From NCBI GenBank assembly GCA_964019425.1, contig OZ025793.1, forward strand, positions 372,001-436,000: 64,000 bases of DNA, read 5' to 3'. Source of the stretch: Flectonema sp. DT1601 (Eukaryota). Of the stretch, positions 12,055-22,368 are shown in pieces. The notes under the pieces are model-generated. The model was not told where the DNA came from, did not search any database, and saw nothing but the letters and a program-made list of their open reading frames with translations. The first letter of the stretch is position 1; each line of letters begins with the position of its first letter. The position numbers and the translations under genes are program-made.

Positions 12055-12129
12055 TATGTCGATTACTTTCTATTTTCCGTCCTGGTCAAGACGCTAAACT
12101 GATTGTTTTTTCTTTAAAATAATTAAAAG

Positions 12130-12164
<35 letters not shown>

Positions 12165-12276
12165 TAAACAATGTTATCATTGTTTTTTTTCTATCGATCA
12201 ACTATGTCGATTAATTTCTATTTTCCGTCCTGATCGAGACGCTAAACTGATTGTTTCCTTTTTTTAAATAATAAAT

Positions 12277-12307
<31 letters not shown>

Positions 12308-12707
12308 ATCTCCCTGCTATCCTCATATCCCCACAATAATATTATACCTTTTCATTTTCTCTTTCCTTTTCTGGTCTTTTTTTTTCTTTTTTTCCTTTTT
12401 CATACAACGTTTTTTATTTATATATTTTTTTTTTTTTTTTTTTTTTCATGTTTGATTATTTCCTCTTCATATTTTTTTTTTCTATTCTTTCTTTTTTTTT
12501 TTTTTTTTTTTCTCTGCCTCTCTCTCAATTCTGTTCGTTTCTTTGAAACGAAAATTCATTTGAATATTATTCCTTGGTCAGCAACCATCATTGTCGCCCT
12601 TTGGGCCTGTTAAAAAAAAAAAAAAAAAAATAAAAAGAAAGTTTACATCGGGAATAGGGCAGGAGCCAAAAGCTCCCAGTCCGTTACTTCCCACTTTATC
12701 GAAATTC
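12055..12707 (+). repeat. Satellite end plus element A terminal segment (copy 2)
   Basis: Matches about 8215-8871 and ends at the same GAAATTC. Confidence 0.9.
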
Positions 12708-12836
12708 ATCTGACGGACATAAACATATCGACAAAATAATACAAATAAATAAATACTAATAGAAACTAGAACTTAGCAATCGTCATCTAAAAAGATTCTT
12801 CTGCGATCATGAAAGTTCGTTGAGGTTGGAGTTCGC

Positions 12837-13600
12837 TTTTTTTTTTTTTTTGATAAGCGCTCAAACCAATTACAATTAACAATTAATCTGATTGACGTTA
12901 TGATCGGACAGACATAAACATATCGACAAAATAATACAAATAATTTAATACTAATAGAAACTAGAACTTAGCAATCGTCAATGTAACAACCAGGGATAAT
13001 TCTCAATAAGGCCGCCGTCACCGTGAAGCTGCTACGAACATAACCCAACAAACTAGCAATTCCACTCACTTCGAACGCACTCAGCCAGAGAGCTTGCCAA
13101 CAGAACAGAACGCAAGGTTACTTTCGGGTCCAATCTTCGCCGTGAGCCTGGTGTCTTGTGCTGGGCTGGGTTTCCAGAGGGCCTCACCATGCACACAAAC
13201 TCCTGGATGGGACGATCGAGGGAATCAACCAAGCCGAGAACTGAACCGGAAGGATAGGCTTACAAGACTAACCTGAAGTAAACTTCAGAGCTTCGCTTTC
13301 CAGCATGCCGAAACAGAGCCATGGAAGGGGATTACACAACAACCTCATTAAACCCACTGGCCACCCCGTGCATAGTCGCCGCCAATGGTTATTACTATCC
13401 AAAGCGCTAACACGAGGCACCACACATTCGTAAGAAGGGAGTCCTACCGGAACGGACCACGCATCTGATTCTACTGGTTAAAGCAACTCCGAAAGAATGT
13501 ATTCTCCATGATTTCAGACATGTAACTTTTGGATATCATGCTCCTGTCTAATTGTTCCCACATAAGCTTTTGTCTTGAGAGATTGAAAATAAAGTTTGTA
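12837..13600 (-). mobile_element. Poly(A)-tailed noncoding retro-sequence sharing 3'-UTR sequence with the HERO-like element; 5' boundary uncertain
   Basis: T-run at 12837-12851. Region 12865-12940 is reverse-complement similar to about 2885-2965 (TCGATATGTTTATGTC...GATCATAACGT.AATCAG.TTAATTGTTAATTG). The upstream part is unique, GC-richer and has no clear ORF. Confidence 0.55.
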
Positions 13601-13797
13601 GTAATAGCCTAAAGAGAATAATAAATTTTCTTTTCTTTTGTTATCTGGATGAAGAAAATAGTGGGGTTACTGTACTAAGTGGGCAGCGGAAGTTCGTCAC
13701 GTAAACGCAAAACTAAAAGGTGCCTAAGTGCACACGAACGACCAGTGGAATGGCCAATCATAAAAAGTAACAGGAGAGGAATAAAAAGACGATGACA

Positions 13798-14075
13798 TCA
13801 ATCTGTGTCTGAATCATCACAGTCAGCTTCCCCGTCTGAAGCCCAGTCGAGCTCGTCAACATCGTCAGACCCAACAACGTTGAATTCGATAGAGTGGGAA
13901 GTAACGGACTGGGAGCTTTTGGCTCCTGCCCTATTCCCGATGTAAACTTTCTTTTTATTTATTTTTTTTTTTTTTAACAGGCCCAGAGGGCGACAATGAC
14001 TGTTGCTGACCAAGGAATAATATTCAAATGAATTTTCGTTTCAAAGAAACGAACAGAATTAAGAGAGAGGCAGAG

Positions 14076-14107
<32 letters not shown>

Positions 14108-16365
14108 AAAAAATATGAAGAGGAAATAATCAAACATGAAAAAAAAAAAAAAAAAAAAAAAATATAAATAAAAAACGTTGTATGAAAAAGGAAAAAAAAG
14201 AAAAAAAAAAAAATGATGTCTTTGTTGATGAAAAGCTGAGTTCTCATCCCCAAAGACTGGGTCGTCAGGCGTTTCCGGCGCTTGTTTGACAGAATAAGTT
14301 CCATGTTACTGAAACCGCTGTCTACCCCGGTCACAACCGGTGTGATGCTCGTGATCGTGAGCGCGCTCTTTTTCAGAGCGGGGTACGCCTCGTCCGAGTT
14401 CTTCCAGAACGAGAAACAGGAACCGCTGACTGCCGTACTCACGTCCGTGTCAGTAACCCAGGTACGGTACTCGGTAGCGGATGATTCATCGAAAATAGTT
14501 GGAAATGCTGAGAGCAGCATTTCAACCGAGGAGTCAACGTTTCCCTTCTTGAGCCTCGCAACTGCTGGGTGTAGGAGTCTCGCAGCAGTGTATATTGCTG
14601 CGTGGTCAGCCTCGTATGCCTGCTGCAGGGAACTGGCCAACTCAGGGCACTTCTCCTTCACCTTTGCGAGCACACCTGTCACACGGGAATGCAACATCTC
14701 AACGACTGACTTCTTCCTGGTGAGATCTGCCACTTCATCGATGAAGTGTGCGATGGGCTCCAGAATTTCCTTTGCCTGTGCTGCTTCGTTCCACACCGCA
14801 TCCCGTCTGTCATTCGCAGCCTTCCTTGCTTCCACCGTGGCATCGACTCCTGGCGAGAATATCCGCAAGAGTCCCTTCACGCTCTCGCAGGTGGTGCTCC
14901 CGAATCGTTCAGATTCTTGCTGGACGAATCCAACAATGCTGTGTCTCTTGAGGCAGAGATGGCTGAGCAACCTGAATTGGCTCGTCCACCTTGTCCCGCC
15001 TGACGACACCATTGCAGCTGGTGGTTCAGGTTTTCCTGCACTTCCTTGCCCAGCAAGCCGCAGTTCTCCGATGACGGACCCGATGTGGCTCTGGGTCGGT
15101 TCCGGCTTGTCGACTCCCCTCAGGACATCTGCGTAACGTGTCCAGACCTCAGCCAGACCATCTTCTACTTCAGACTGCGAGAAAAGGTCGAAGCTTTCCC
15201 GCAGGGCAAGCAGAGCTTCGATGACATCGCTGTCATGCCCAACCTGCTCCTTCTCCGCTGTCTTCTTTTGGAAGGCAAGGTACCTTCCTTCTCGTGTCGG
15301 GGCGTTGAACATCATGTTCTTGCAAAACATGAGAACGACATGCAACTTCCGAAAGTTGTCCTTGATAAATGTTTTCACAACGTTGTGAAAACAGTGTCCC
15401 AAACAGAACACCACAAGAACTGGAAGTCCGGAAACACCCTTCACGTTGTACGTGGCCTTGTCCATCACCATGAACCGAAGGTTGGGGTACTTTGCGAGTA
15501 CCTTCTTAACAACCGAGTTAATTACAAGGCTGTTGCAAGTTTCAGAATTCTCAATTCTGAAAAAGTCGAACCAGGTGTTGCCCGGTACCTCACGGCAACC
15601 GATCATCACCTCCTTGGTTCCAGAACCCCCATCCAGGGCAAATCCATGAGCTGCCCGTGTTCTCCTTTTGACTTCCTGCTGGTCGCGGCGGTGCACCTCC
15701 CGAAGTCTTCGCCCGATGCGAGCGTGTTTTCCGAACCTCGGATCGAACATCTTGCGAATCGCAGATGCCATCCAGGCTGCCTGACCGTCCGTCATCCCTG
15801 CGTAGAACGTTGCGGACGCAAAAACGAGCGACCGGTCAGCCTTCTTGCAAGTAAGAATCGACTCCCTCCCAGACTGGGTAGCTCTCTTTCCTTGCTTGTG
15901 GGACTCTGACTTGCTGTGTTGGACAAGAGATGAGTAGTCGCATCTCTCCCTCACAGAAAAGCAGCGGGAATCCCACATCACCTCGTCCGTCTTGTTGTAG
16001 CCTGCTACCTCTAAGAGGTCCCGCGCACCTTTATCCTGCAGGTCCTTCACCTCACACACCGAATACCCACTCGCGACACACCACTCCTTATTTCTGTCAA
16101 AGACCGCCTTCGGTCCTTGCTTGCCGCGCTTTAACACTTGCTTGGTGTCTTCTTCACCCATTTCTTCCGCGAGTGACTTCGCATCCTTCGCCGTCGTACT
16201 CCGGTTCTTACCGCCCGCTGGGCGTCCTCTTTTCTTCGGCTGTGTTGTTGGCGCTGCTGCTGTTGGGCCTTCGTGCCTTTCGGGTGTCCTGGGTTGCTCC
16301 TCTTCCGTTTTGATCCGCTTCTCCCCAGGTCCCTCAGGCTGTCGCTTTTCCTTTGCAGGTGGCAT
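13798..16365 (-). CDS. hAT-superfamily transposase, interrupted near its C-terminus
   Basis: AT-hook KKRGRP; degenerate zinc finger (..RC...H..S..H); FALDGG; VMDKATYNVK; CLGHCFHN (CxxH); TRWTS; dimerisation region FW...AYPAL..AL...P..TGVDSGFS......KRRKRL. The probable acidic tail NVVGSDD...DTD* lies at 13881-13798. Confidence 0.88.
13882..14213 (-). repeat. Element A fragment inserted into the 3' end of the hAT transposase gene
   Basis: Reverse complement of about 8540-8871. It accounts for the poly-Phe tail of the predicted ORF. Confidence 0.9.
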
Positions 16366-16420
16366 TTGTGTTTTACACTTGGGAAACGAGGAAATTAGTT
16401 GGAAAAATTGCGGATGTGAA

Positions 16421-16471
16421 CAATAAAGTACAGATTCTAAATTGTAGGAACTGCAGCTTTAGAAGTGTTGG
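16421..16471 (-). other. Genomic relic of the euglenozoan spliced leader upstream of the transposase
   Basis: Minus strand reads CCAACACTTCTAAAGCTGCAGTTCCTACAATTTAGAATCTGTACTTTATTG. The last 14 nt match the conserved SL 3' end TCTGTACTTTATTG. Confidence 0.7.
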
Positions 16472-16663
16472 ACCTAAACTAAAAGGGGTTCTTTTTTTCT
16501 GAGTGCGAGAGGGGCCGAAAGTCCACACCTAGTTAGTTAGTTAGTTAACAAAGAGTCAATGATGGAGTTGCTCAAAAAAGAAAGGAGAAAAAAAGAAAGA
16601 AAGAAAAAAAGACTTTTTTTAAGTGTTTTTTTTTTTCTTTTTTTTTAAAATATTTTTTTTTAA

Positions 16664-16747
16664 GTGACGCTAGTTGTCCACTGGTATGATTGTGGATTTG
16701 CATTCGCTAGGCTGCAGGTTCGAGTCCTGGTGGAGGATTTTTTTTTT
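16664..16747 (+). pseudogene. tRNA-like element (A-box-like segment, B box, oligo-T terminator); not a canonical tRNA
   Basis: TAGTTGTCCACTGGTATGAT D-arm-like segment and CAGG-TTCGAGT-CCTG T arm, followed directly by a T-run. The acceptor stem does not pair and the anticodon arm is irregular. Confidence 0.65.
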
Positions 16748-16975
16748 AATTAAAAACCATTAAAAGCCCTTTATTTTTATTTTTCCAAATTAAAGGGGAA
16801 TTAAATCCCCTTTAATTTTAAAATAAAGGGCCCTTTAATTCATTAAATCCCCTTTAATTCCCCTTTATTTCATTAAATTGGAAAATAAAGGGGAATTAAT
16901 TAAAAGCCCTTTAATATTAAAAGCCCTTTATTTCCGCTTTAATTTTTAATTCCCCTTTAAAGGGGTACAAGTATG
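16748..16975. repeat. Subterminal array of short direct and inverted motifs, probably the 5' end of the hAT element
   Basis: Many CCCTTTA / TAAAGGG copies in both orientations, ending CCCCTTTAAAGGGGTACAAGTATG. No matching opposite end found. Confidence 0.7.
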
Positions 16976-17134
16976 AAATAAGAAAAAAAAAAAAAAAAAA
17001 AAAAAGAGCATCTCCCTGCTATCCCTCATATCCCCACAATAATATTATACCTTTTCATTTTCTCTTTCCTTTTCTGGTCTTTTTTTTTTCTTTTTTTTCC
17101 CTTTTTCATACAACGTTTTTTATTTATATATATA

Positions 17135-17913
17135 TCAGTCATTCCTTTTTTTTGCGAACAAAAAACACCATTTTCTCACCGCCTGAGCAAGGTTACACGA
17201 TATGTTACTTTTGCTCGATTTTTTATTTTTTGGAATCGGGGAGGGTGCGATCTGTAAAATTAGGCATAGGGATATACTTTTAAACATGGTAAGTGCTGCT
17301 AAAAAGAGATAAACGTCTCTTTGCAAAATTTCCTTGGTACTACTCAATGATAAATATTAATCCCAGACCTGGAATGGAAAGATCGAGAAAATCTGAGTAA
17401 AAAACACCCCTAATTTTTTTTTTTTCACTATTTTTTCCCCCTTCTCCCGCACTCAAGAGATATGCACCTTTTTACTAACAAATCAACCCTAGTAGCAATT
17501 ATGTAAGGAAAATGTTGCATCTGTGGTGGTGATAATGATCATTAAGTATCAAAGTAGGTCCAAAAAGACAGGTAGTAACAATCTGCCTCACCGGCACATG
17601 CTTAGTACTCTTTAATATATTTTTGCTCGATTATTTTTTCTCTGGATCCCGCTGGACCGGCAGTGTAAAATTAGACCCTTCGATTAATTTTTAGTTTTGG
17701 TACTTGTCCACGGCTGAGCTGATTTAGTAAACCACAAAATCTCTTTTCTCAATTCGGGTGACAAGTATGTGATGCCAACCTCCCGATTTCGGACGGAAAT
17801 GAACCCAATGATGCAGCGCATTAAAATGCCGCTTCGATCGAAAATTTTACAATTTTTTTTTGAAAATCTTTTTCAATGTCTAAAATTTGTTCGCAAAAAA
17901 AAGGAATGACTGA
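17135..17913. mobile_element. Non-autonomous TIR element (MITE, 779 bp) inserted in (TA)n; Tc1/mariner-like
   Basis: Perfect ~28-bp TIRs TCAGTCATTCCTTTTTTTTGCGAACAAA with TA flanks. The empty site is visible in sister copies at about 8585 and 12420. Confidence 0.92.
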
Positions 17914-20075
17914 TATATATTTTTTTTTTTTTTTTCATGTTTGATTATTTCCTCTTCATTTTTTTTTTTTTTTTCTCTGCCTCTCTCTTAATTCTGTTCG
18001 TTTCTTTGAAACGAAAATTCATTTGAATATTATTCCTTGGTCAGCAACCATCATTGTCGCCCTTTGGGCCTGTTAAAAAAAAAATAAAAATAAAAAGAAA
18101 GTTTACATCGGGAATAGGGCAGGAGCCAAAAGCTCCCAGTCCGTTACTTCCCACTTTATCGAAATTCAGCTTGTTTGTTAGCTGCTGGTGTAATTAAATC
18201 ATGTGTTGATACTTGCATTTGTTTATTTGTTATCTTTTACTACAATAACGCTTGCTTATCTTTTCTTTTTATTCCCTATCTGTTCTGATCTGTTACTTCA
18301 TTTGTCTTGTTTAACTTCAGTTATATGCATTTTACTTTTTATTGTTTCCCATCTACTTTTTATTTTCTATTAGTTCTGGTCAGAAACTCCTGGGCAGCAA
18401 GAAGGAAAGCAGTTTAGTACTTCTGGGTGTTTGGCATCACCCCCCATAGTGAGCAAGTACAACAGGTAGCATTGGTAGTCTGTTGATCCTGAGTGATCCC
18501 AGCTACAGTTTTGTTTTTCTTTCTTTTTTTTAGAAGAAGATCAGGACATCCAAGCACTGCTGGATAGTTGCTGAATGCAGGGCCTGCCTGTGGCATTATA
18601 ATAACAGGCTAAGTCATTTGTAGTTCATAGTTTACCTTTGATTTTATAACTTCACACAGGGTACTATGAACGATGAGAGATCCAGTGGGATCACTCAGGG
18701 TCTAGTAGAGACCACCAATGTTGTGCGTTGATAGGCAAGGTGACCAACCTTGACATTCTTTCTTTTCTCTCCTGTTGTGACAAACACAAAATACACACAC
18801 AGCTTACAGTGTGTTCTTTGTGTATGTTTTCTTCAGGTGTGAGTAGTTTTTTTGTTCTTGCTCTTCAGGGAGGGCCTTAGCCAAAAGCTAACAGTCCAAA
18901 TCTCACCTGGAAATTCAACTCAGTCCTTGTCAGTTTTGGCATCAAACTTGTAATGGTTTAATCATTACAGGTTATTTACTGAAATATCTGTTCTAAAAGT
19001 TGCTAAGTATTTCTCACTTAGAATTTTTTTATTTTTTTATTTTCAGCTTAATTAGCTACAAATTGTTTCTACTAAGTGTTTCTCACTTAGATTTTTTTTT
19101 TGCTTTTCAGCTCCTTAAAAGCTGCTAAGTGTTTCTGCTAAGTGTTTCTCACTTAGAATTTTATTTTTATGTTCGTTTTCTATCCCTTCTCCTATCCCTT
19201 TTGTTCAAAATAAGCGGGAGGAAATTCTCTCATTCACGCTAAGATGCACTCTGAACTTTGATTTTTTGATCTGAGTGTGAGGGAATGACCTGTTAGTGCA
19301 TTGGGCATAGGCTGGGCTGCAGTTTAGATGTCTTAGGTGTTAATAGGGGGTTCCTCTTAGCATTTTTCTTTGTTCCCACCTTATGATTTTCTTGAAGAAA
19401 AAAAATAGAAGTCATAATGGACATCTAAACTGCAGCCCAGCCTATGCCCAATGCACTAGCAGGTCATTCCCTCACACTCAGATCAAAAAATCAAAGTTCA
19501 GAGTGAATGAGAGAATTTCCTCCCGCTTTTTTTGAACAAAAGGGATAGGAGAAGGGATAGAAAACGAACATAAAAATAAAATTCTAAGTGAGAAACACTT
19601 AGCAGAAATACTTAGCAGCTTTTAAGGAGCTGAAAAGCAAAAAAAAAATCTAAGTGAGAAACACTTAGTAGTAACACTTTGTAGCTAATTGAGCTGAAAA
19701 TAAAAAAATAAAAAATTTCTAAGTGAGAGATACTTAGCAACTTTTAGAACAAATATTTCAGTAAATAACCTGTTGAAATGGTAGTTAATGTAACCATTAC
19801 AGGTTTGATGCCAAAACTGACAAAGAATGAGTTAAGTTACCAGGTGAGATTTGGACTGTTAGCTTTTGGCTAAGGCCCTCCCTGAAGAGCAAGAACAAAA
19901 AAACTACTCACACCTGAAGAAAACATACACAAAGAACACACTGTAAGCTGTGTGTGTATTTTGTGTTTGTCACAACAGGAGAGAAAAGAAAGAATGTCAA
20001 GGTTGGTCACCTTGCCTATCAACGCACAACATTGGTGGTCTCTACTAGACCCTGAGTGATCCCACTGGATCTCTC

Positions 20076-20364
20076 ATTCTTTCTGAGTCAGATTTGCGAG
20101 CTCACGTTTCCTGTAATCTTCCACTAAGTCATATTGACGAACTAGTGCAGAAAGAGAAGTCTTCGATTCATCGCGTTCTACTGTTAACCGTTGAATTACT
20201 CCTTCCAGAAGTTCATATTCTTTTCTATCTTTTTCAATAATTAAAACAGGGGGCGCAGGAAGAAGTGAGGATGGATCCTGGTTGGTAGCTTTGATCTCAA
20301 CAGGTAATCCATTTAGTAACTGCTTGTCTTTCTCGAGGGAGGCTGACATCGCATTAAAGTAAAA
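20076..20364 (-). pseudogene. Internal fragment of the retroelement ORF extension (copy of about 1635-1920)
   Basis: Translates as MSASLEKDKQ...ELANLTQ, near-identical to the 35..2806 ORF. Confidence 0.92.
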
Positions 20365-21481
20365 GAATTCGATAGAGTGGGAAGTAACGGACTGGGAGCT
20401 TTTGGCTCCTGCCCTATTCCCGATGTAAACTTTCTTTTTATTTCTATGAACGATGAGAGATCCAGTGGGATCACTCAGGGTCTAGTAGAGACCACCAATG
20501 TTGTGCGTTGATAGGCAAGGTGACCAACCTTGACATTCTTTCTTTTCTCTCCTGTTGTGACAAACACAAAATACACACACAGCTTACAGTGTGTTCTTTG
20601 TGTATGTTTTCTTCAGGTGTGAGTAGTTTTTTTGTTCTTGCTCTTCAGGGAGGGCCTTAGCCAAAAGCTAACAGTCCAAATCTCACCTGGTAAACTCAAC
20701 TCAGTCTTTGTCAGTATTGGCATCAAACCTGTAATGGTTACATTAACTACCATTTCAACAGGTTATTTACTGAAATATTTGTTCTAAAAGTTGCTAAGTA
20801 TCTCTCACTTAGAAATTTTTTTATTTTTTTATTTTCAGCTCAATTAGCTACAAAGTGTTTCTACTAAGTGTTTCTCACTTAGATTTTTTTTTTGCTTTTC
20901 AGCTCCTTAAAAGCTGCTAAGTATTTCTGCTAAGTGTTTCTCACTTAGAATCTTATTGTTATGTTCGTTTTCTATCCCTTCTCCTATCCCTTTTGTTCAA
21001 AAAAAGCGGGAGGAAATTCTCTCATTCATGCTAAGATGCACTCTGAACTTTGATTTTTTTGATCTGAGTGTGAGGGAATGACCTGTTAGTGCATTGGGCA
21101 TAAGCTGGGCTGCAGTTTAGATGTCTTAGGTGTTAATAAGGGGTTCCTCTTAGCATTTTTCTTTGTTCCCACCTTATGATTTTCTTGAAGAAAAAAAATA
21201 GAAGTCATAATGGTGCTTCCCTCTGGAAGGGTTGTAAGCCATGGTGTCCAACTAGATTAAAGGACAAGTCTGGGATAATCCCTGCCAGAGGGGCGAGTAT
21301 TCTACCATGGTTGAAATACTCTGGCAACTGATCTTCAATTTTATGTTGTTTGTTAGCTGCTGGTGTATCTCGATCATGTGTTGATACTTGCATTTTTTTT
21401 TTATTTGTAATCTTTTACTACAATAACTCTTGCAATTATCTTTTCTTTTTTATTCTCTATCTGTTCTGGTCTGTTTCTTCA

Positions 21482-21623
21482 TTTTTTTACATTAATAAAT
21501 ACATTTTGTTCAAAAAGAAAAAAAAAGAAAAAAGATTTCATATTAGAAACTAGGAAACTAGGTTAACACTTAGTTAAAATTAAGACCGGTTAGTCAGTTT
21601 AAGGTCTTGTCTAGGACCAACAT
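21482..21623 (-). mobile_element. ~140-bp 5'-truncated retroelement 3' end inserted in repeat B
   Basis: Minus strand reads GTTGGTCCTAGACAAGACC...CTAATATGAAAT...TTTTGAACAAAATGT..ATTAAT then oligo(A), resembling 3772-3826 joined to 3106-3150. Absent from the other B copies (site CTTCATTTGTCTTG). Confidence 0.7.
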
Positions 21624-22235
21624 TCTTGTTTAACTTCAGTTATATTCATTTTACTTTTTATTGTTTCCCATCTGTTTTTATTTTCTATTAGTTCTGGTCA
21701 GAAACCCCTGGGCAGCAAGAAGGAAAGCAGTTTAGTACTTCTGGGTGTTTGGCATCACCCCCCATAGTGAGCAAGTACAACAGGTAGCATTGGTAGTCTG
21801 TTGATCCTGAGTGATCCCAGCTACAGTTTTGTTTTTCTTTCTTTTTTTTTAGAAGAAGATCAGGACATCCAAGCACTGCTGGATAGTTGCTGAATGCAGG
21901 GCCTGCCTGTGGCATTATAATAACAGGCTAAGTCATTTGTAGTTCATAGTTTACCTTTGATTTTATAACTTCACATAGGTACTATGAACGATGAGAGATC
22001 CAGTGGGATCACTCAGGGTCTAGTAGAGACCACCAATGTTGTGCGTTGATAGGCAAGGTGACCAACCTTGACATTCTTTCTTTTCTCTCCTGTTGTGACA
22101 AACACAAAATACACACACAGCTTACAGTGTGTTCTTTGTGTATGTTTTCTTCAGGTGTGAGTAGTTTTTTTGTTCTTGCTCTTCAGGGAGGGCCTTAGCC
22201 AAAAGCTAACAGTCCAAATCTCACCTGGTAAACTC

Positions 22236-22334
22236 AACAGGCCCAGAGGGCGACAATGACTGTTGCTGACCAAGGAATAATATTCAAATGAATTTTCGTT
22301 TCAAAGAAACGAACAGAATTAAGAGAGAGGCAGA

Positions 22335-22368
<34 letters not shown>

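Larger units (their letters stand above)
18168..22238. repeat. Repeat B complex: minus 18170-19420, plus 19420-20076, minus 20444-22238, with intercalated fragments
   Basis: Direct and reverse-complement identity to 8872-10292 in different circular permutations. Confidence 0.9.

Noticed and set aside
14282..16426. Long plus-strand ORFs overlapping the transposase
   Set aside because: Antisense shadows of a GC-richer coding region with no recognisable motifs.
16664..16737. Functional tRNA gene
   Set aside because: The acceptor stem does not pair and the anticodon loop is irregular; kept only as a tRNA-like element.
16961..16979. AGGGGTACAAGTATGAAAT resembles my recollection of the Mos1 mariner TIR
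   Set aside because: No partner TIR, TA flank or mariner ORF. It is better explained as the outer end of the hAT subterminal array, so probably coincidence.
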